A stretch of 64,000 nt of DNA, from contig NC_085841.1 of NCBI RefSeq assembly GCF_035594765.1, forward strand, positions 77,051,574 through 77,115,573. The letters are read 5' to 3'. This DNA comes from Anolis carolinensis. Lineage: Eukaryota. Each line of letters begins with the position of its first letter. The stretch's first letter is position 1. Both the position numbers and the translations under genes were made by a program. Below the pieces are notes generated by a model, which was not told the DNA's origin, ran no database searches, and saw only the letters and a list, made by a program, of their open reading frames with translations. Of this stretch, positions 50,019-63,292 are shown piece by piece.

Positions 50019-50920
50019 GGCTGTGGCTTGGGCCACTATTTTGGCCACTGCTATCAGAGATGAAGTGGAGAGCATTAGAAATAGATCTCTAGACTTATGT
50101 GACATTTATTTTAATGTAGGTTAGATTAGCACTTTCATTATAAATTGATTTGAGTAAAGTCCCTAAACAGACACATATGTATACACTGAGAAGGCAAAAA
50201 GTACTGCTCTTAACCAATACATAGACATGCATAGAAAACTGGGGAGGATAGGAAAGTAACAGTTATGCATTCTGTATGCATCAGAAATAAGCTCATGTAT
50301 CAAATCAAAATAGCAAATATTAGTCCAAAAACAACAGCTTAAAAATGATTTAAAATCCAACCAACTGCTGGTTTTTAAAACCAGGCTATTTCAAATTTTC
50401 AATCTGAAATTCAAGAAAGGTAAACACATCACTGAAAGCTTGAAGTAAAATTTCATGAATATTAATGAATACGCTTCCTGCAAAAGATAAGAGATGGAGA
50501 AATGATAGGGAAGCCCCATGACTATGTAAGGAAGAGTGATGTTATGTTTTGGAAACAGTGTGTTATACCCTTAATACGATTTTGCCTCCTGCTAAACTAA
50601 GTGGTGATTCTGTTGGGAGTCCAGTTACATCGTGTTCAGAAATTGATGAATGCTGCAGTGAACTCAGTTCAGTTACAAATTCACAACAAAAACAATGTAT
50701 CCAAAAGCAATATAAGTGAAAGTTTACTGCTTTCCTTTTCCCCATAATCCACCAGGGATAGAGAGTGATTATAGCAAACAGTTTTGAAATGAAGGGCTTT
50801 TAGCCTAAGAATATCATAGAGTTTTACGGAAGGATCTAGAAATGGTCAGAGTACATATATTGCTGCAAGTGAATAAATGAAATTCCAGTAACACAGATAT
50901 GAGGATTGTACTGTAAATTT

Positions 50921-50951
<31 letters not shown>

Positions 50952-51196
50952 AAATGAGAATGAGATCTTCCTTTGTATCAATGTGGAATTAACTGTTTCC
51001 AGGTACTGAAACTCTTGTGAACTCTGTTAGCTTACACATTCTTCCCCTTAACTGGTGCACCCATCCAATCTGTAGAATCAAAATAGAAAGAGGGATTCAC
51101 AACATAAAGCATTGGAGCTATTCTTACACCTTTCTAGGCCGTGCAAACTTCCATATAATATACAAGTAACACCTTGATTCCCATTCCCCATAACAG

Positions 51197-51418
51197 GACC
51201 CTGATCGGAGGCACAAAGAAGAAAGCAGTAGAGAGAGAAGAAAAAATGACAAGCGAGAGAAACGCCGGAGCCGGAGCCACTCCCGGAACAGAGACAATCG
51301 CTATAAGAAGTCCAAAGATAAACATCACGAGGATTCCTGGGAAAGGGAGCATGAGGAGAGGAGGAAATCCAGAAGCCCAAAGAAATCCAAAGATAAGGAC
51401 AAGTCCAAATACAGATGA
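51197..51418 (+). CDS. PPIL4: PPIL4 terminal exon 13 (RS/K-rich tail, stop TGA)
   Basis: DPDRRHKEE...RRSRSHSR...RSPKKSKDKDKSKYR*, matching the recalled conserved PPIL4 C-terminus. Confidence 0.9.
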   Translation, partial: DPDRRHKEESSRERRKNDKREKRRSRSHSRNRDNRYKKSKDKHHEDSWEREHEERRKSRSPKKSKDKDKSKYR

Positions 51419-51919
51419 AGGAGAATCAAACTCTTCCCCGACATGGAGAAGTTAGACTGTTGCCCTAAAAGGCTTAAAGTTCAGGCCTCGGATTAATTTC
51501 TTCCTTATGAGAGGACATCTTACAGTGTGGATGCTAGTACAATTTGAAGTTTAAAAAATTGTTTTTCATTTCGATTTGAGCAAGTAGTCATAGAGTCATA
51601 GAAGGCAAGTCCTTCCTTGAGCAGTGATGAGGAATTTGCAGTGTTCTGTCTGTTACCCATCACTACCACCAAAAAGAATATTACCTAAAGTCAGCCTTTA
51701 ATTGTGAGAGGCAATGAATTTGGTTGTTTACTGTAAGACATGGTTAATTTCCTATTCTGTTATCATATCTGTAGAGGAAGCTGCATATAACCAGAGAATA
51801 TCCCATTATGCATACGTATTTTGATATTAGAACTTTCCACTGTATGCATACATATTGAAAAAATGAATGTGTACAGAAGATGATGTATTTGATTTCCTAT
51901 GCAGAAATGATAACCGGGT

Positions 51920-51925
51920 AATAAA
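51920..51925 (+). terminator. candidate PPIL4 polyadenylation signal AATAAA
   Basis: AATAAA ~500 nt after the stop codon with T/G-rich sequence downstream; not unique proof. Confidence 0.4.
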
Positions 51926-54105
51926 AGGTCTCTAAATTACTTTCCTGTTGTGAGGCTTTCTAGTAAAGGCAGTGCTTCATAATATAAAATTTATAACGTA
52001 GAAGCAGGCCAATGTTTTCATTATATTTCTCAGATCCTACTGGAGTAATTTCCTGTATGGATGCATCTACTTCTTTTTAAAAGAAATGTCTTCAAGCAGG
52101 CAAAAGTTTCACTGACACTTTGCACACCATCTAGAAGGTCCCAGTTGGCATGCAGTGATGTGCCTGTCAGTTGGGAAAGTGCAGCAGTGACATCTAGAAA
52201 ATCATGTCTTTCTCCTGCCCTGTCTACCTTATTCCAAGAAAAAAAATTGAAAATATTTCACAAAGAAGTATGTTTTGCAGCAAATGTAAACGCTTAATGA
52301 GAAAACAAAACCAAACAAGCCAGTACAGGAACACACCTTAGCATATGGCTTTTTAGCTTGCTGCTAATGCTTTCAAAAATCTAACTATATCCACCCATTG
52401 ACAGAAACCTACAATCCAAGACTCTTTCTGCACTGAAAGAGCTGATGTCTGTAAGCAGATACAGTACCAGCCAAAAAGGAAATGCTTGTTTAAACCACAG
52501 CCCTACTTACAAAATTCTACAGGGATAGGCTGACATCAGTTTGCTGCAATTCCAGATGTCTTCACTAGACACTGTGATCCACACTTGTTAATAAGAATAA
52601 TAATAAAAAACATTATTTTTTACTCATCTTATCTCCCCAAGGGGACTCAGGGCAGCTTCCAAAGTAAAAACGGCAAACATTCAATGCCAGTACAAAACAT
52701 AACAGACAATTAACAGACAATTAAAAGTAAACCAGTAAAAATATATAACAAAAAACAGTTGCAGTTCTAAGGATCTTAAGTTTAATTCTGAACTTAAAAT
52801 CCTTAGAACTAAAACTATTTTTTTGTAACAGTTCAGCAGTTAAAAGCCGTGATCTTCACCTGTATTGTGAAACAGTGACCAGGAGATAGCAATGGCACTG
52901 TGCTTGTGCATCCCGAATAACATGATGTGTGAGTTTAGTGTTTGCACTAAGGAAAATCACATACCTCTTTGTGTGAGTAGTTCTCACTGCTCCATTGTCA
53001 TTGCTCTTGAGTCCCGGTGGGAAGAAAGGTGGGATAAAGAGTAAGTAAGTAAGCAAGCTTCACATTCCCCAAGAAGCCCAGATGGATAGTGAGTGGTTCA
53101 TAATGAGTGCCAGGAAGCGCCCAGCCACTGCGTTGCGCCTCCTCCTTTACAACTGACTGCCATCCCCCCCAATCTTTTGTAGATACAAAAATTATCCACT
53201 AGCATTAAATGAAATTTGGCCAAAGCATTTTATCTGTGATTTTAGGAATCTGCTATGACTTTTGGAGGAAGTTTCAAAATACTTGATCACGTTCTTACAA
53301 CAACCAGCTTAATTTCTACTTATCCTGATACATGGAGGTGGGCTTTGGTTAATTTTAATTCCCATTACTAAAATATTCTGATTTTTATTTCCAAGTGAAC
53401 AATCTGCAACATCCTGAAGCATCAATTGAGCTACCTGACATCTTGTGTTTACTAATTGTTTTGATACAGCTCTATGCCTTTTGCATCAAGGAGCATGGAA
53501 TGCGATTTGTAGCCAGTTTTAAAATATGTGAATGCTGAAGCATTGCATATAGCTAAATCTAGGTTATGACAGCTGTCAAATCAATAGAGAAATAGAAAAA
53601 TTAAATTCTGGAACACAGAACATATCGACATGAATAAATATTTCAATAAAAGATAAAATCACCTTTGCAAATATCTGACCTTATCAATACATGACTATGG
53701 CTATTTGCTGAGTCAATGTTTCTCCTCCCTCTTTTGTAAGTTAAGATATATGAGCTGCTCAATTAAGGAAGTAAACCTATTCCTGTGAAATGAGCTGTAA
53801 CTTGCACATTGCACTTTCAGTTGACACCAGTAACTGTGTGCCTTAAAAAAACACCTTCCACTTCCTTGAGGGAATAACATTTCACTGGACTACAGCCTGC
53901 TGCGTGAGCTGTTGGAAAACTAATGTCCCAGCCAGTGTGGGAAGGCTTTCTGTGAGTACCATTTGTTTTCACCCAATTCAGCAAAGGTAGGTGGGTGAGA
54001 AAAGGAAAATGTGAATTAAACAAGAGCTGAGACCTTGCTACATTCATAAGCCATGTAAGCCACCCCAAGTCCCTTCAGGGAGGTGGGGGCGGGGTATAAA
54101 AATAA

Positions 54106-54139
<34 letters not shown>

Positions 54140-54152
54140 GTAGTAGTAGTAT
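54106..54152 (+). repeat. (ATT)n(AGT)n microsatellite at a retroposon tail
   Basis: Direct reading. Confidence 0.85.
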
Positions 54153-55107
54153 TCTGCCCTTCTAGGGATATCTAAAGAGACACCTCTTTATTGCTGAGTA
54201 AACATGCTATTGCCCTTCTCTGAATCTGCTCTTAATTTGTCCATAGCTTTCTTTAAATGACATACCCAGGATTGAGCAGAGCCTGGAAAGAAGAGGTCTG
54301 GCTTAACCATGGCTTGTCTTCCATTTGCAATAAGCATGCAGTGAAACACTAGCATCTTGTGAGTGATGTCTGCATAGGTTCCCTTTCACATGTGACTTTA
54401 GTTCTTTGATCTTAGTGCAACATCTGTCTTCAGATTGAGATGATGGAAGATGAACTGGACATACAGTGCCATTGTTAATGTGATGTCACGATGCATTGCA
54501 CCTGCAAATATATTGCAATGATACATTTCATAGTTGCACATTCAGTAGTATGGCATTACAGTTCCTCAAGGCATAGTCATGTTACTGTGTCTTCATCTCC
54601 TTGAAGTAGGCTACCATTTCCTAGAGACCTTCATTGTGTTGGAGAAGACTGTTACATTCAGTCTGCACACGTATGTGCAGACAAGAGATCTAGATGATAA
54701 CTTTATCCCTTAAGCTGATGTGCACAAATAAACAAACAGCAACACAGAACCATGAACACTCCCTCAAATCCATTTAGCTCTTAGTTTTGTGGGTCAGTAG
54801 TTGCATAGATCAGAGCTCATTAGGCAGTTCAGTGATTTAAGGTGATAAGGAGGATGCTGTTGGAGAAAACAGACTGGAAGTGAGTTGTTGCTATTTCAAA
54901 ATATACAGCGCCATAATTACATTCTAGCACTTTTTGAAAAAATAAGGTTTTAGCAAAACATTTCTATTTGGAAATAAAAGATAGGGCCATGTATTGCAGA
55001 GTGCTTCTTAACAGGGTTCCTGTCCCTCCAGTGGTTATTTTTCTGCTCCATAAGGCTTTCTCGGTGTTGTGTGTGCTGGAAACTGGTTGAGCATTTTGAT
55101 TAGTATA

Positions 55108-55425
55108 CAGTAGAGTCTCACTTATCCAAGCTAAACGGGCAGGCAGAAGCTTGGATAAGCGAATATCTTGGATAATACGGAGGGATTAAGGAAAAGCCTA
55201 TTAAACATGAAATTAGGTTATGATTTTACAAATTAAGCACCAAAATATCATACAACAAATTTGACAGAAAAAGTAGTTCAATAAGCAGGAATGTTATGTT
55301 GTAATTACTGTATTTATGAATTTAGCACCAAAATATCACGATATATTGAAAACATTGACTACAAAAATGGCTTGAATAATCCAGAGGCTTGGATAAGCGA
55401 GGCTTGGATAAGTGAGACTCTACTG
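55108..55425. mobile_element. Tigger-like MITE, family A
   Basis: TIRs + TA TSD. Confidence 0.85.
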
Positions 55426-56664
55426 TACTTTCATATCAGTACAAAGATAAGTAAATAAGCTACAACTGTGCCTCTGTATTGTTTTTAAGTCACCTTTAAG
55501 AATATATCATGGTGGCATACAAGTAACAAAATTTTTAAAAAATCAAATGTAATTCAACTTAAAGTGTTTACAATACGAACAGAATCCTAAAAGTTAAGAA
55601 AACTTGATGAAAACGTGATTCTTCAGAACTTCCCAAAATACCTACAAAGCAGGAAACTGTCAAACCCCTGACTGATGATAGACCCATCATTTACAAGCTA
55701 GTACAGGGACATTTCTATCCAGTCTCTTCACCAATCTAATCATATAGGATGGTCAACTTCTGTTGATGACTTTGGGGTAGTTTTATAGATTAAATATTGC
55801 AGTTCATTACATCACCAAAACCTGTCTCAATAATGCAAATAATGCATATCTGTGCTTGATTTTTCACCACTTGTCCTGCTTTTAATAGGAAATTAGGCAG
55901 GGAACTGCAACTCATTACCCATATTGGGTGAAAATCTTATTAAACCTCTCCCCCTCATCCAGCTTCCACTAGGTGATGCCCAGGTATGAGGAGTCCTGTG
56001 GCGCATTTTTCTCAGTGTCCAAGTGCTGTATCCAAAGAGGACAACATATTCAGCACTTCCCTGTTACAAAGATGCAGCCTGCTATTCTTGTGAGGATGTC
56101 TGTAAAATAGCAGCCAATCCTGTGCCGAGAGTTCTTCCTGCTCAGGTTTGATGCCATAAGCATAAACACCAGAAGGAAACCACAACACAACCGTCAGCCC
56201 AATGTAACAAGCCATTTTGCAAAGTAAGGGCTATGGAGGTCACCTTTTCTGTATCATTGGTGCACTTGACTTTACATGGCTGAAAAGCATTTTTTTATCT
56301 CTGACCTCATTCTCTCTCAGAATCACCCACAAAACATTTCAGCAGCAACAGAAGCAGATATATGGGGGTGGAGGGAGAAATAATGGGCAAGGAATAACTC
56401 TTTCAATAGTTCTTTTAAAAAAACAACAACAACTCAGTGGCAGAAATCCCCAGGCTGGTGGTCTAGCATGCTCCAATGACTCATTGGTGACCACCATCAG
56501 CAATTTTCTTTCCAAGTAAATAACAGGGTAGGGTGCACATTGGGACTGCAGCAAAGGAGAAAACATTTTTGTACCATTCTACTCCTGCTCTGTGATCTCT
56601 CTGACGTTATTTAAAGTAGAAAAAGGAATCATGCAGACCTAAGTAAGTATTTAACATAACATTA

Positions 56665-57126
56665 AAAAGGTAAAGGCTTTCCCCTGACATTAAGTCCAGT
56701 TGTGGCCAACTTGGGGTTGGTGCTCATTTCCATTCCTAAGCCGAAGAGCTGGCGTTGTCCGTAGACACCTCCAAAACATAGGTAAAGGTAAAGGTTTTCT
56801 CCTGACATTAAGTCTAGTTGTGTCTGACTCTGGGGGTTGGTGCTCATCTCCATTTCTAAGTCGAAGAGCTGGCGTTGTCCGTAGACTTCTCCAAGGTCAT
56901 ATCGCTAGCATGACTGCATGGAGCGCCATTACCTTCCTACTGAAGGTAGGTTCCTATTTTTCCTATTTATCTTCTCACATTTTCATGTTTTCGAACTGTT
57001 AGGTTGGCAGACGCTGAGGCTAACAGCGGAAGCTCACCCTGCTTCCCGGAATCTAACTGCTGACCTTTCAGTAAGCAAGTTCAGCAGCTCAATGGTTTAA
57101 CCTGCTGTCCCACCGGGGGCTCCGGG
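56665..57126 (-). mobile_element. Sauria SINE with duplicated 3' segment
   Basis: Two tandem aaaggtaaagg...gtccgtagac blocks followed by the body and head. Confidence 0.8.
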
Positions 57127-58798
57127 TTAATATAACATAGCTTTGCCTTAACTCTGCCATGGTGTCATTTGATATATATATATTAAACAAGTCATAGCTG
57201 CTGTTGTTATTGCTGTTAGTTGCCTCTGTTTTGTGCTTAGTGTAGTATCTAGTTATCGTAGAAAATGTGAAAGCTAGAAATGGGACAGTGACAGTTCCAT
57301 TTGAAGGCTTTCAATATCTCTCCCATAGACCCCTTTCTAGTTGTCATTACAGTCAATTTTTTGTTATCTCAGTGCACATGCTGGTCGCATGCTGAAAAAA
57401 ATTCCTAGATAAATCTTTACTGGTAAACCTTCTAAAGTGACTTCTATTTTTTGAAGACTGCATGCAGTGTCAATCAGTTTAAAACTGTTTCCCCACACAA
57501 TTATGGAACACTACATGTTTGATATGCTGTGGTATGTGTTTGTGAGATTAGGAATTCTTTCATCTTCAAACTGTACCCCATTTGCCGCAAAAGCCATGGT
57601 CTCTGCTGACTCCTGATCTGTACTCTTTTTAATCACAAGAGCAGAGATTGTACTGTGAAAAATATCTAATACAAACCACCAGTTCTCAACGAAAGTGAAT
57701 GACACCCACATCCTGAGCAGATTAAGAACAACAAAAAACCATCAAAAGAACAAAAAAGCAGAAGTCATGTATTTGTTTTCACATGTTGCCAATGACACAT
57801 GTCTCCAGTGTCATTGACAGTGTTTACTTAATTGCTAAGCACTTGTAGCGTTTCAGATTAGCTCTGCCAGTACAGCGATTGCATCTGTACTTGAATAACC
57901 ACACAGCACAAGTGCACCCCCATGGTTATGTTGTTTTCAGATGTTTTCATCAGAGATCAACCTCAGATGCCTGTGTGCGTATGCAGATGTACAGCCCTGT
58001 GCATACGTCATTCTTGCACACCTATCTTAGGAACATACCTGATGTTCTGACGAACATTGGTTGACCTGGGGGTATATTTAATAGGGAAGGACTTCATTTG
58101 CACTCAAAACCTCTGAGGAAAGCCTGGAGTCCTCTGGTAAGTCAAAAGGCAGCTTATATGATCTGAGATCAGTCACAAAGGTCTTCATGAGCTTTCTTAA
58201 TTCAATAGAATGCTAAAACTCTTTGAGCCTCATAAATGTAAATAAAACTTATATTTGGTGAAGACAGCTTAGTACTCCAATGCTCCTTACAGGGTAAATT
58301 ACTCTTTCTCAATAACTAGGATGCATAGACCTTGGCTGTCTTTGGCCCTCAACATCCTCCATCAGCATTAAGATGTGCAAATGTACAATTGTTGGTCAAA
58401 ACAGATAGTAGTTTGGCAACCTGCCAGCCATAGAAGAAGGCAAAATAGGTATTGCTACTTTGTTAATGACTTTTTGTTATGTTGATGTAGTGATGCTATC
58501 TACTTATTTTGTAAACAATATTTCTATTGTATCATTGAAAACAAATGCACTTGAGATAACGCCTTCAGATTCCATGGCAACAATCAATTCTACACTGAAA
58601 ACCTTTCTATTGTACTTTGATCACTTCTGTCTTTGGTATTTGGACTTTCAGTATCAACTTTATTAGTTATTTTCTTTTGTTTCTTTCCAAAGTGGATATT
58701 GAAAGCGGCTGCACTGGATCAGCCCTATTGACTGGGAGTATCCCATAAAACGTGTACACACCCAGACAGCTGTTGCTTGTTCTCCACTTTATAAGATA

Positions 58799-60278
58799 CT
58801 AGCTGTGCCCGGCCACGCGTTGTTGTGGCTTAGTCTGGTGGTGTTGGTCAGTCTACATTAGGTTGTATTGATGCTGTGACCTCCACCTTCTTTATACTCA
58901 CATTAGTAGTAGTATTTGAAGTCTGTTACCTTCTTCAATTTTTGTGTTGATTGATAATTGCTTGAGATCCCTGTTGTCTTTGGTTTGTTGTTAGTTGTAA
59001 TGTCTGATTCTGCTGAGTGCGGTTTATATTTTTATTGTGGTACAATAGTCTTTTTTTTGTTTTGCCTGTGTAGGTGTTTATTATTATTGTTGTTGTAGTG
59101 GTCATGAAGGTTGGATAAGTTAGATGCTACTGTATTGTTTTTTGGAGGCCCAGTGTAGCACTGACTGGCCTCTCAGCCTCAGTGCCTGGCTGCTTCTTGC
59201 CTGTGATGGTGTTGATTCTTATTGTTGTTGTTGTTGTTGTCATTGTTATTATTGTAATTGTTTTTTTTGGAGGCCAAGTGTGAATGTAGGGATTGGGGAG
59301 GTGGATGAGTTGTGTTGTCAAATTTTGTATTTGTTATAGTCACAATGCGTTGTTGTGAGTTTTGTGGGTCCGGATTGTGGTTTTGTGGTGTGGTTGTGTT
59401 GTTACAACTGAGAGGCAAGGCTTTTGTGTAGTGTTGCCAAGTTTTGTATTTCTGGGGCATTTAGTTGTGTGCCAAGTTTTGTATTTCTGGGGCGTTTAGT
59501 TGTGTTGTTATAGTCACGATGCACTGTTGTGAGTTTTGTGGGTCCGGATTGTGGTTTTGTGGTGTGGTTGTGTTGTTACAATCGGGAGGGAATGCTTTTG
59601 TGTTGTGTTGCCAAGTTTCGTATTTCTGGGGCGTTTAGTTGTGTTGTTATAGTCATGATGCGTTGTTGTGAGTTTTGTGGGTCCGGATTGTGGTTTTGTG
59701 GTGTGGTTGTGTTGTTACAACTGGGAGGCAAGGCTTTTGCATTGTGTTGTCAAGTTTTATATTTGTGGGGCGTTTAGTTGTGTGCCAAGTTTCGTATTTC
59801 TGGGGCGTTTAGTTGTGTTGTTATAGTCACGATGCGTTGTTGTGAGTTTTATGGGTCCGGATTGTGGTTTTGTGGTGTGGTTGTGTTGTTACAACCTGGA
59901 GGGAAGGCTTTTGCATTGTGTTGCCAAGTTTCGTATTTCTGGGTCGTTTAGTTGTGTTGTTATAGTCACGATGCGTTGTTGTGAGTTTTGTGGGTCCTGT
60001 GTGGTTTTGTGGTGTGGTTGTGTTGTTACAACTGGGAGGCAAGTCTTTTGCATTGTGTTGCCAAGTTTTGTATTTCTGGGGCGTTTAGTTGTGTTGTTAT
60101 CGCATGATGCGTTGTTGTGAGTTTTGTGGGTCTGGATTGTGGTTTTGTGGTGTGGTTGTGTTGTTGTAACCTGGAGGCAAGCCTTTTGCATTGTGTTGCC
60201 AAATTTCGTATTTCTGGGATGTTTAGTTTTGTTGTTATAGTCACTGCGCAAACAACTTTATCATTTTATATATATAGA
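58799..60278 (-). mobile_element. non-autonomous Helitron with 139-bp minisatellite (same family as 30263-32225)
   Basis: CTAG + hairpin at 58799, TCtatata terminus at 60278; near-identical first ~500 bp. Confidence 0.85.
59330..60243. repeat. ~139-bp tandem repeat (~6 units) inside the Helitron
   Basis: Same unit as 31300-32190. Confidence 0.9.
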
Positions 60279-60313
60279 CTGTTCTTGACAAGCTTTCCTG
60301 TCCTTGTTCAGAA

Positions 60314-60618
60314 ATGGAGGCGCAACAGAACAAGCTGGATTTTTTCCACAAGCTCGGCTATGACAAGGACCAAGTGTGCAAAGTGCTGGAGAAGCTGGGT
60401 CAAGAGGCCCTAGAGAACGATTTACTACAAGAGCTGATTCAAATGGGGAAAAGGCCTCTGGATCATGAAAACAGGCTTCAGGAACATTCCCACCCTAACC
60501 CTGTTGGCCATGGATCTTGTTACACCTTGACCGCTTTCCAGCCATCTTCTGAGGAGGGCAATGCCCCCTCCAGTAACCTGAGGCCTGTTGTGATTGATGG
60601 CAGCAATGTTGCAATGAG
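60314..60618 (+). CDS. ZC3H12D: ZC3H12D (MCPIP4/Regnase-4) first coding exon; remainder beyond window
   Basis: MEAQQNKLDFFHKLGYDKDQVCKVLEKLGQEALENDLLQELIQMG...NLRPVVIDGSNVAM(S): Regnase N-terminal helical domain and start of the PIN/NYN nuclease; donor AG|GCAAGT; paralogue chosen by synteny with PPIL4/GINM1. Confidence 0.88.
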
Positions 60619-61138
60619 GCAAGTCATTTTTTGTTCTTATCGCAATTGCTTCCTTAACCCTTCCTTTACACTCATTCTTTCTCCTTTGTCTCAGAACTGA
60701 ATTTAACCTCAATTTGCTAAATATGTGTGATTGGCCGCACACGTTTATACATTTAATTTTGGTGGATTTAATTATTTGTGGATTTAATTATTATAGTCTC
60801 TCTAAGAATCTCTAGGTCCCACAGTGTAACCAATGTCTGGCTGAAGTTGACCATATATTTGCACTGGGGAATCGAGGTATTCTCTCAGCTCAGAGTTTTC
60901 ATTTTTGCAGGTGTCTTGCGTCCCTAATCCTGGTAACTGTGGAGGGCTGACTGCATAAGAAAATATGAGTTGTAGGGAATGGGTTGTGGGGTTTGTAGGA
61001 TGACTGCTGTTATTTTTGGCATCCCGAACAAAGTGATATGGAAATTCCCATCTGATGTGATTGATCTATGATGGCACTTTCTCAAAGCAGACCTTAGCCA
61101 TACATATGTGTGAACAGATTGTATAAATGAGGGCTGTG

Positions 61139-61225
61139 ATAGAATCATAGAATCATAGAATCGTAGAGTTGGAAGAGACCTCACAGGCCATCCATTCCAA
61201 CCCCCTGCAAGAAGCAAGAAATCTC
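61139..61225 (-). mobile_element. CR1 3' tail fragment
   Basis: (atcataga)n + gttggaagagacc. Confidence 0.7.
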
Positions 61226-61586
61226 ATCACTAAATATATTATAAAATGCCCACAGGAAAAAACTATGTGATGGTTCCCCAGCACCACCTCCAGGTGTGTT
61301 TCAGTCCAATAGCATCCACGCCCAGGTCATTTCGTGACTGATAGAAAGTAGGAGTAGAGGACTTGGAGAAACATCTGGCTAAATCCCCATAGCCAGATAT
61401 AGGGTAATGACATCACTCACCAGTATCTGCTGGAGGCCTTGACTGATGATGTAATCATTGTTTTGCATTTGGCTGTAGGGATGTCCCGCTCTTCACCAGC
61501 CACTAAGTGAGTATGGGTGCAGGGAGCTATTGCAGCCAAACCGCATCTGGGGTGGGAGGCTTTGTTCACCATGGAAGAAGGAAGTA

Positions 61587-61822
61587 CAGTAGAGTCTCAC
61601 TTATCCAACATAAACGGGCCGGCAGAATGTTGGATAAGCGAATATGTTGGATAATAAGGAGGCATTAAGGAAAAGCCTATCAAACATCAAATTAGGTTAT
61701 GATTTTACAAATTAAGCACCAAAACATCATGTTAGACAACAAATTTGGCAGAAAAAGAAGTTCAATACACAGTAATGCTATGTAGTAATTACTGTATTTA
61801 TGAATTTAGCACCAAAATATCT
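61587..61822. mobile_element. truncated Tigger-like MITE, family A
   Basis: One TIR plus body. Confidence 0.75.
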
Positions 61823-63057
61823 GGAGATCAGGGTTTGAATCCTAGCTCCAGAAACACACTGGGTGACTGGCAAGTTGCATTTTCTCCGCAAAAGCAACCC
61901 CTCCGTTCTAAACAGGTCTTGTCAAGAAAACCCCATGATAGGGTCATTTTGTGACTTGACAGCTCCCAGCGACAACAATAACAACAACAAACATGACTAA
62001 GAGGATAGTTGGACAGTTAATGAGTATGATGCAGAGAAGATGCAGAGCTTAATCAGATGGGCCCTTCTGAAAGAAAGCATTTTTGAGAGACACAATTTGA
62101 ACTCTTCTATGTTTAATGTCGCCACCTCTCCTTCTCAAAAAGTGTTTGCCTAATTTTCCAAATATGATACCTACCCGATCTCTTCCAGGCCATTACTGGG
62201 AGATACAGAGGCTTGCCCATTAGGAAGCTGCTTAGTTGTTGCCTGGTTTAATGCAAGTCTACCCACTCCAAAAAGAGATAAGTGTTCTCATAAGCTATGG
62301 CAGTTAGATTCTACATCAGCTGCAAACTTCCTGACAATAAAGATATTTGTAAGTGACACAGGGAGGAGCACAAAGCTTGCGATACAGAGAGGTGAATTTA
62401 CAATAAAGTTATTTAATGTGCTAAGGTAGGAGTTTTGGGAGGCACTGGTCTTTTCCTGACTTGAACTAGCTTAATATAATTCCCTTTATTAAGGAAGAAT
62501 TGAGAACAATGGTTCTCTGAAGCAGGTGAGTTTCTTTACACAGAACACTGTCTCAGATCACAATTTCCTCAATTCTTCTGAGGAAGCAGAAGTGTAACTG
62601 GTGAAAAAATGGTACAAGTTTACCCCAGGAGGATATAAGATTATCATTTTGGTTAAATAGGTTGGCATTCATGTAGCAGCTCTGTATTCAGACTTTTTAA
62701 TGTCCATTGCGCCTGCTCTTTCACTTTGCCACAGTATGATCTTTTGTTGCAGTTACCAGCAATTTACAACTATGGCGTAGCTGTTAATGCACAAACTCTA
62801 CTGTTTATTAATTACTATTGTTGTTGTGGACATGACACCTTCCACATGTTTTTTTTCTACATCTCATATGTTGATGCAATCTTTGTTTTGTTGATACTCT
62901 TTTAAAAATGTCACTTTGGTCACTGGCTTTTAGAACTGTTACTCAAGCAATGGTAGTGTGACAGAGGATAACAGCCCTACAGGTAGAGGGAACTCCAACA
63001 TCCCATGGTCTTCCAGATGTTGTCGACTGCAACTCCCACCAATGCTAGCTGGTATGT

Positions 63058-63292
63058 GTGTTGTCGAAGGCTTTCATGGCCGGGATCACAAGGTTGCGTG
63101 TTTTCCAGGCTGTATGGCCATGTTCCAGAAGTATTCTCTCCTGGTGTTTCATCCAAATCTATGGCAGGCATCCTCAGAGGTTGTGAGATACCTCACAACC
63201 TCTGAGGATGCCTGCCATAGATGTGGGCAAAACGTCAGGAGAGAATACTTCTAGAACATGGCCATACATCCTGGAAAACACACAACAACCCT
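63058..63292. mobile_element. Penelope-like terminal repeat, inverted pair
   Basis: ...catcctcagaggttgtgag ata c ctcacaacctctgaggatg... palindromic junction. Confidence 0.7.

Noticed and set aside
49872-50092. poly-Leu / poly-Pro ORFs
   Set aside because: Translation of an intronic (CCT)n microsatellite
51174-51455. 93-aa ORF over the PPIL4 last exon
   Set aside because: Alternative frame of exon 13; the true frame ends ...KSKYR* at 51418
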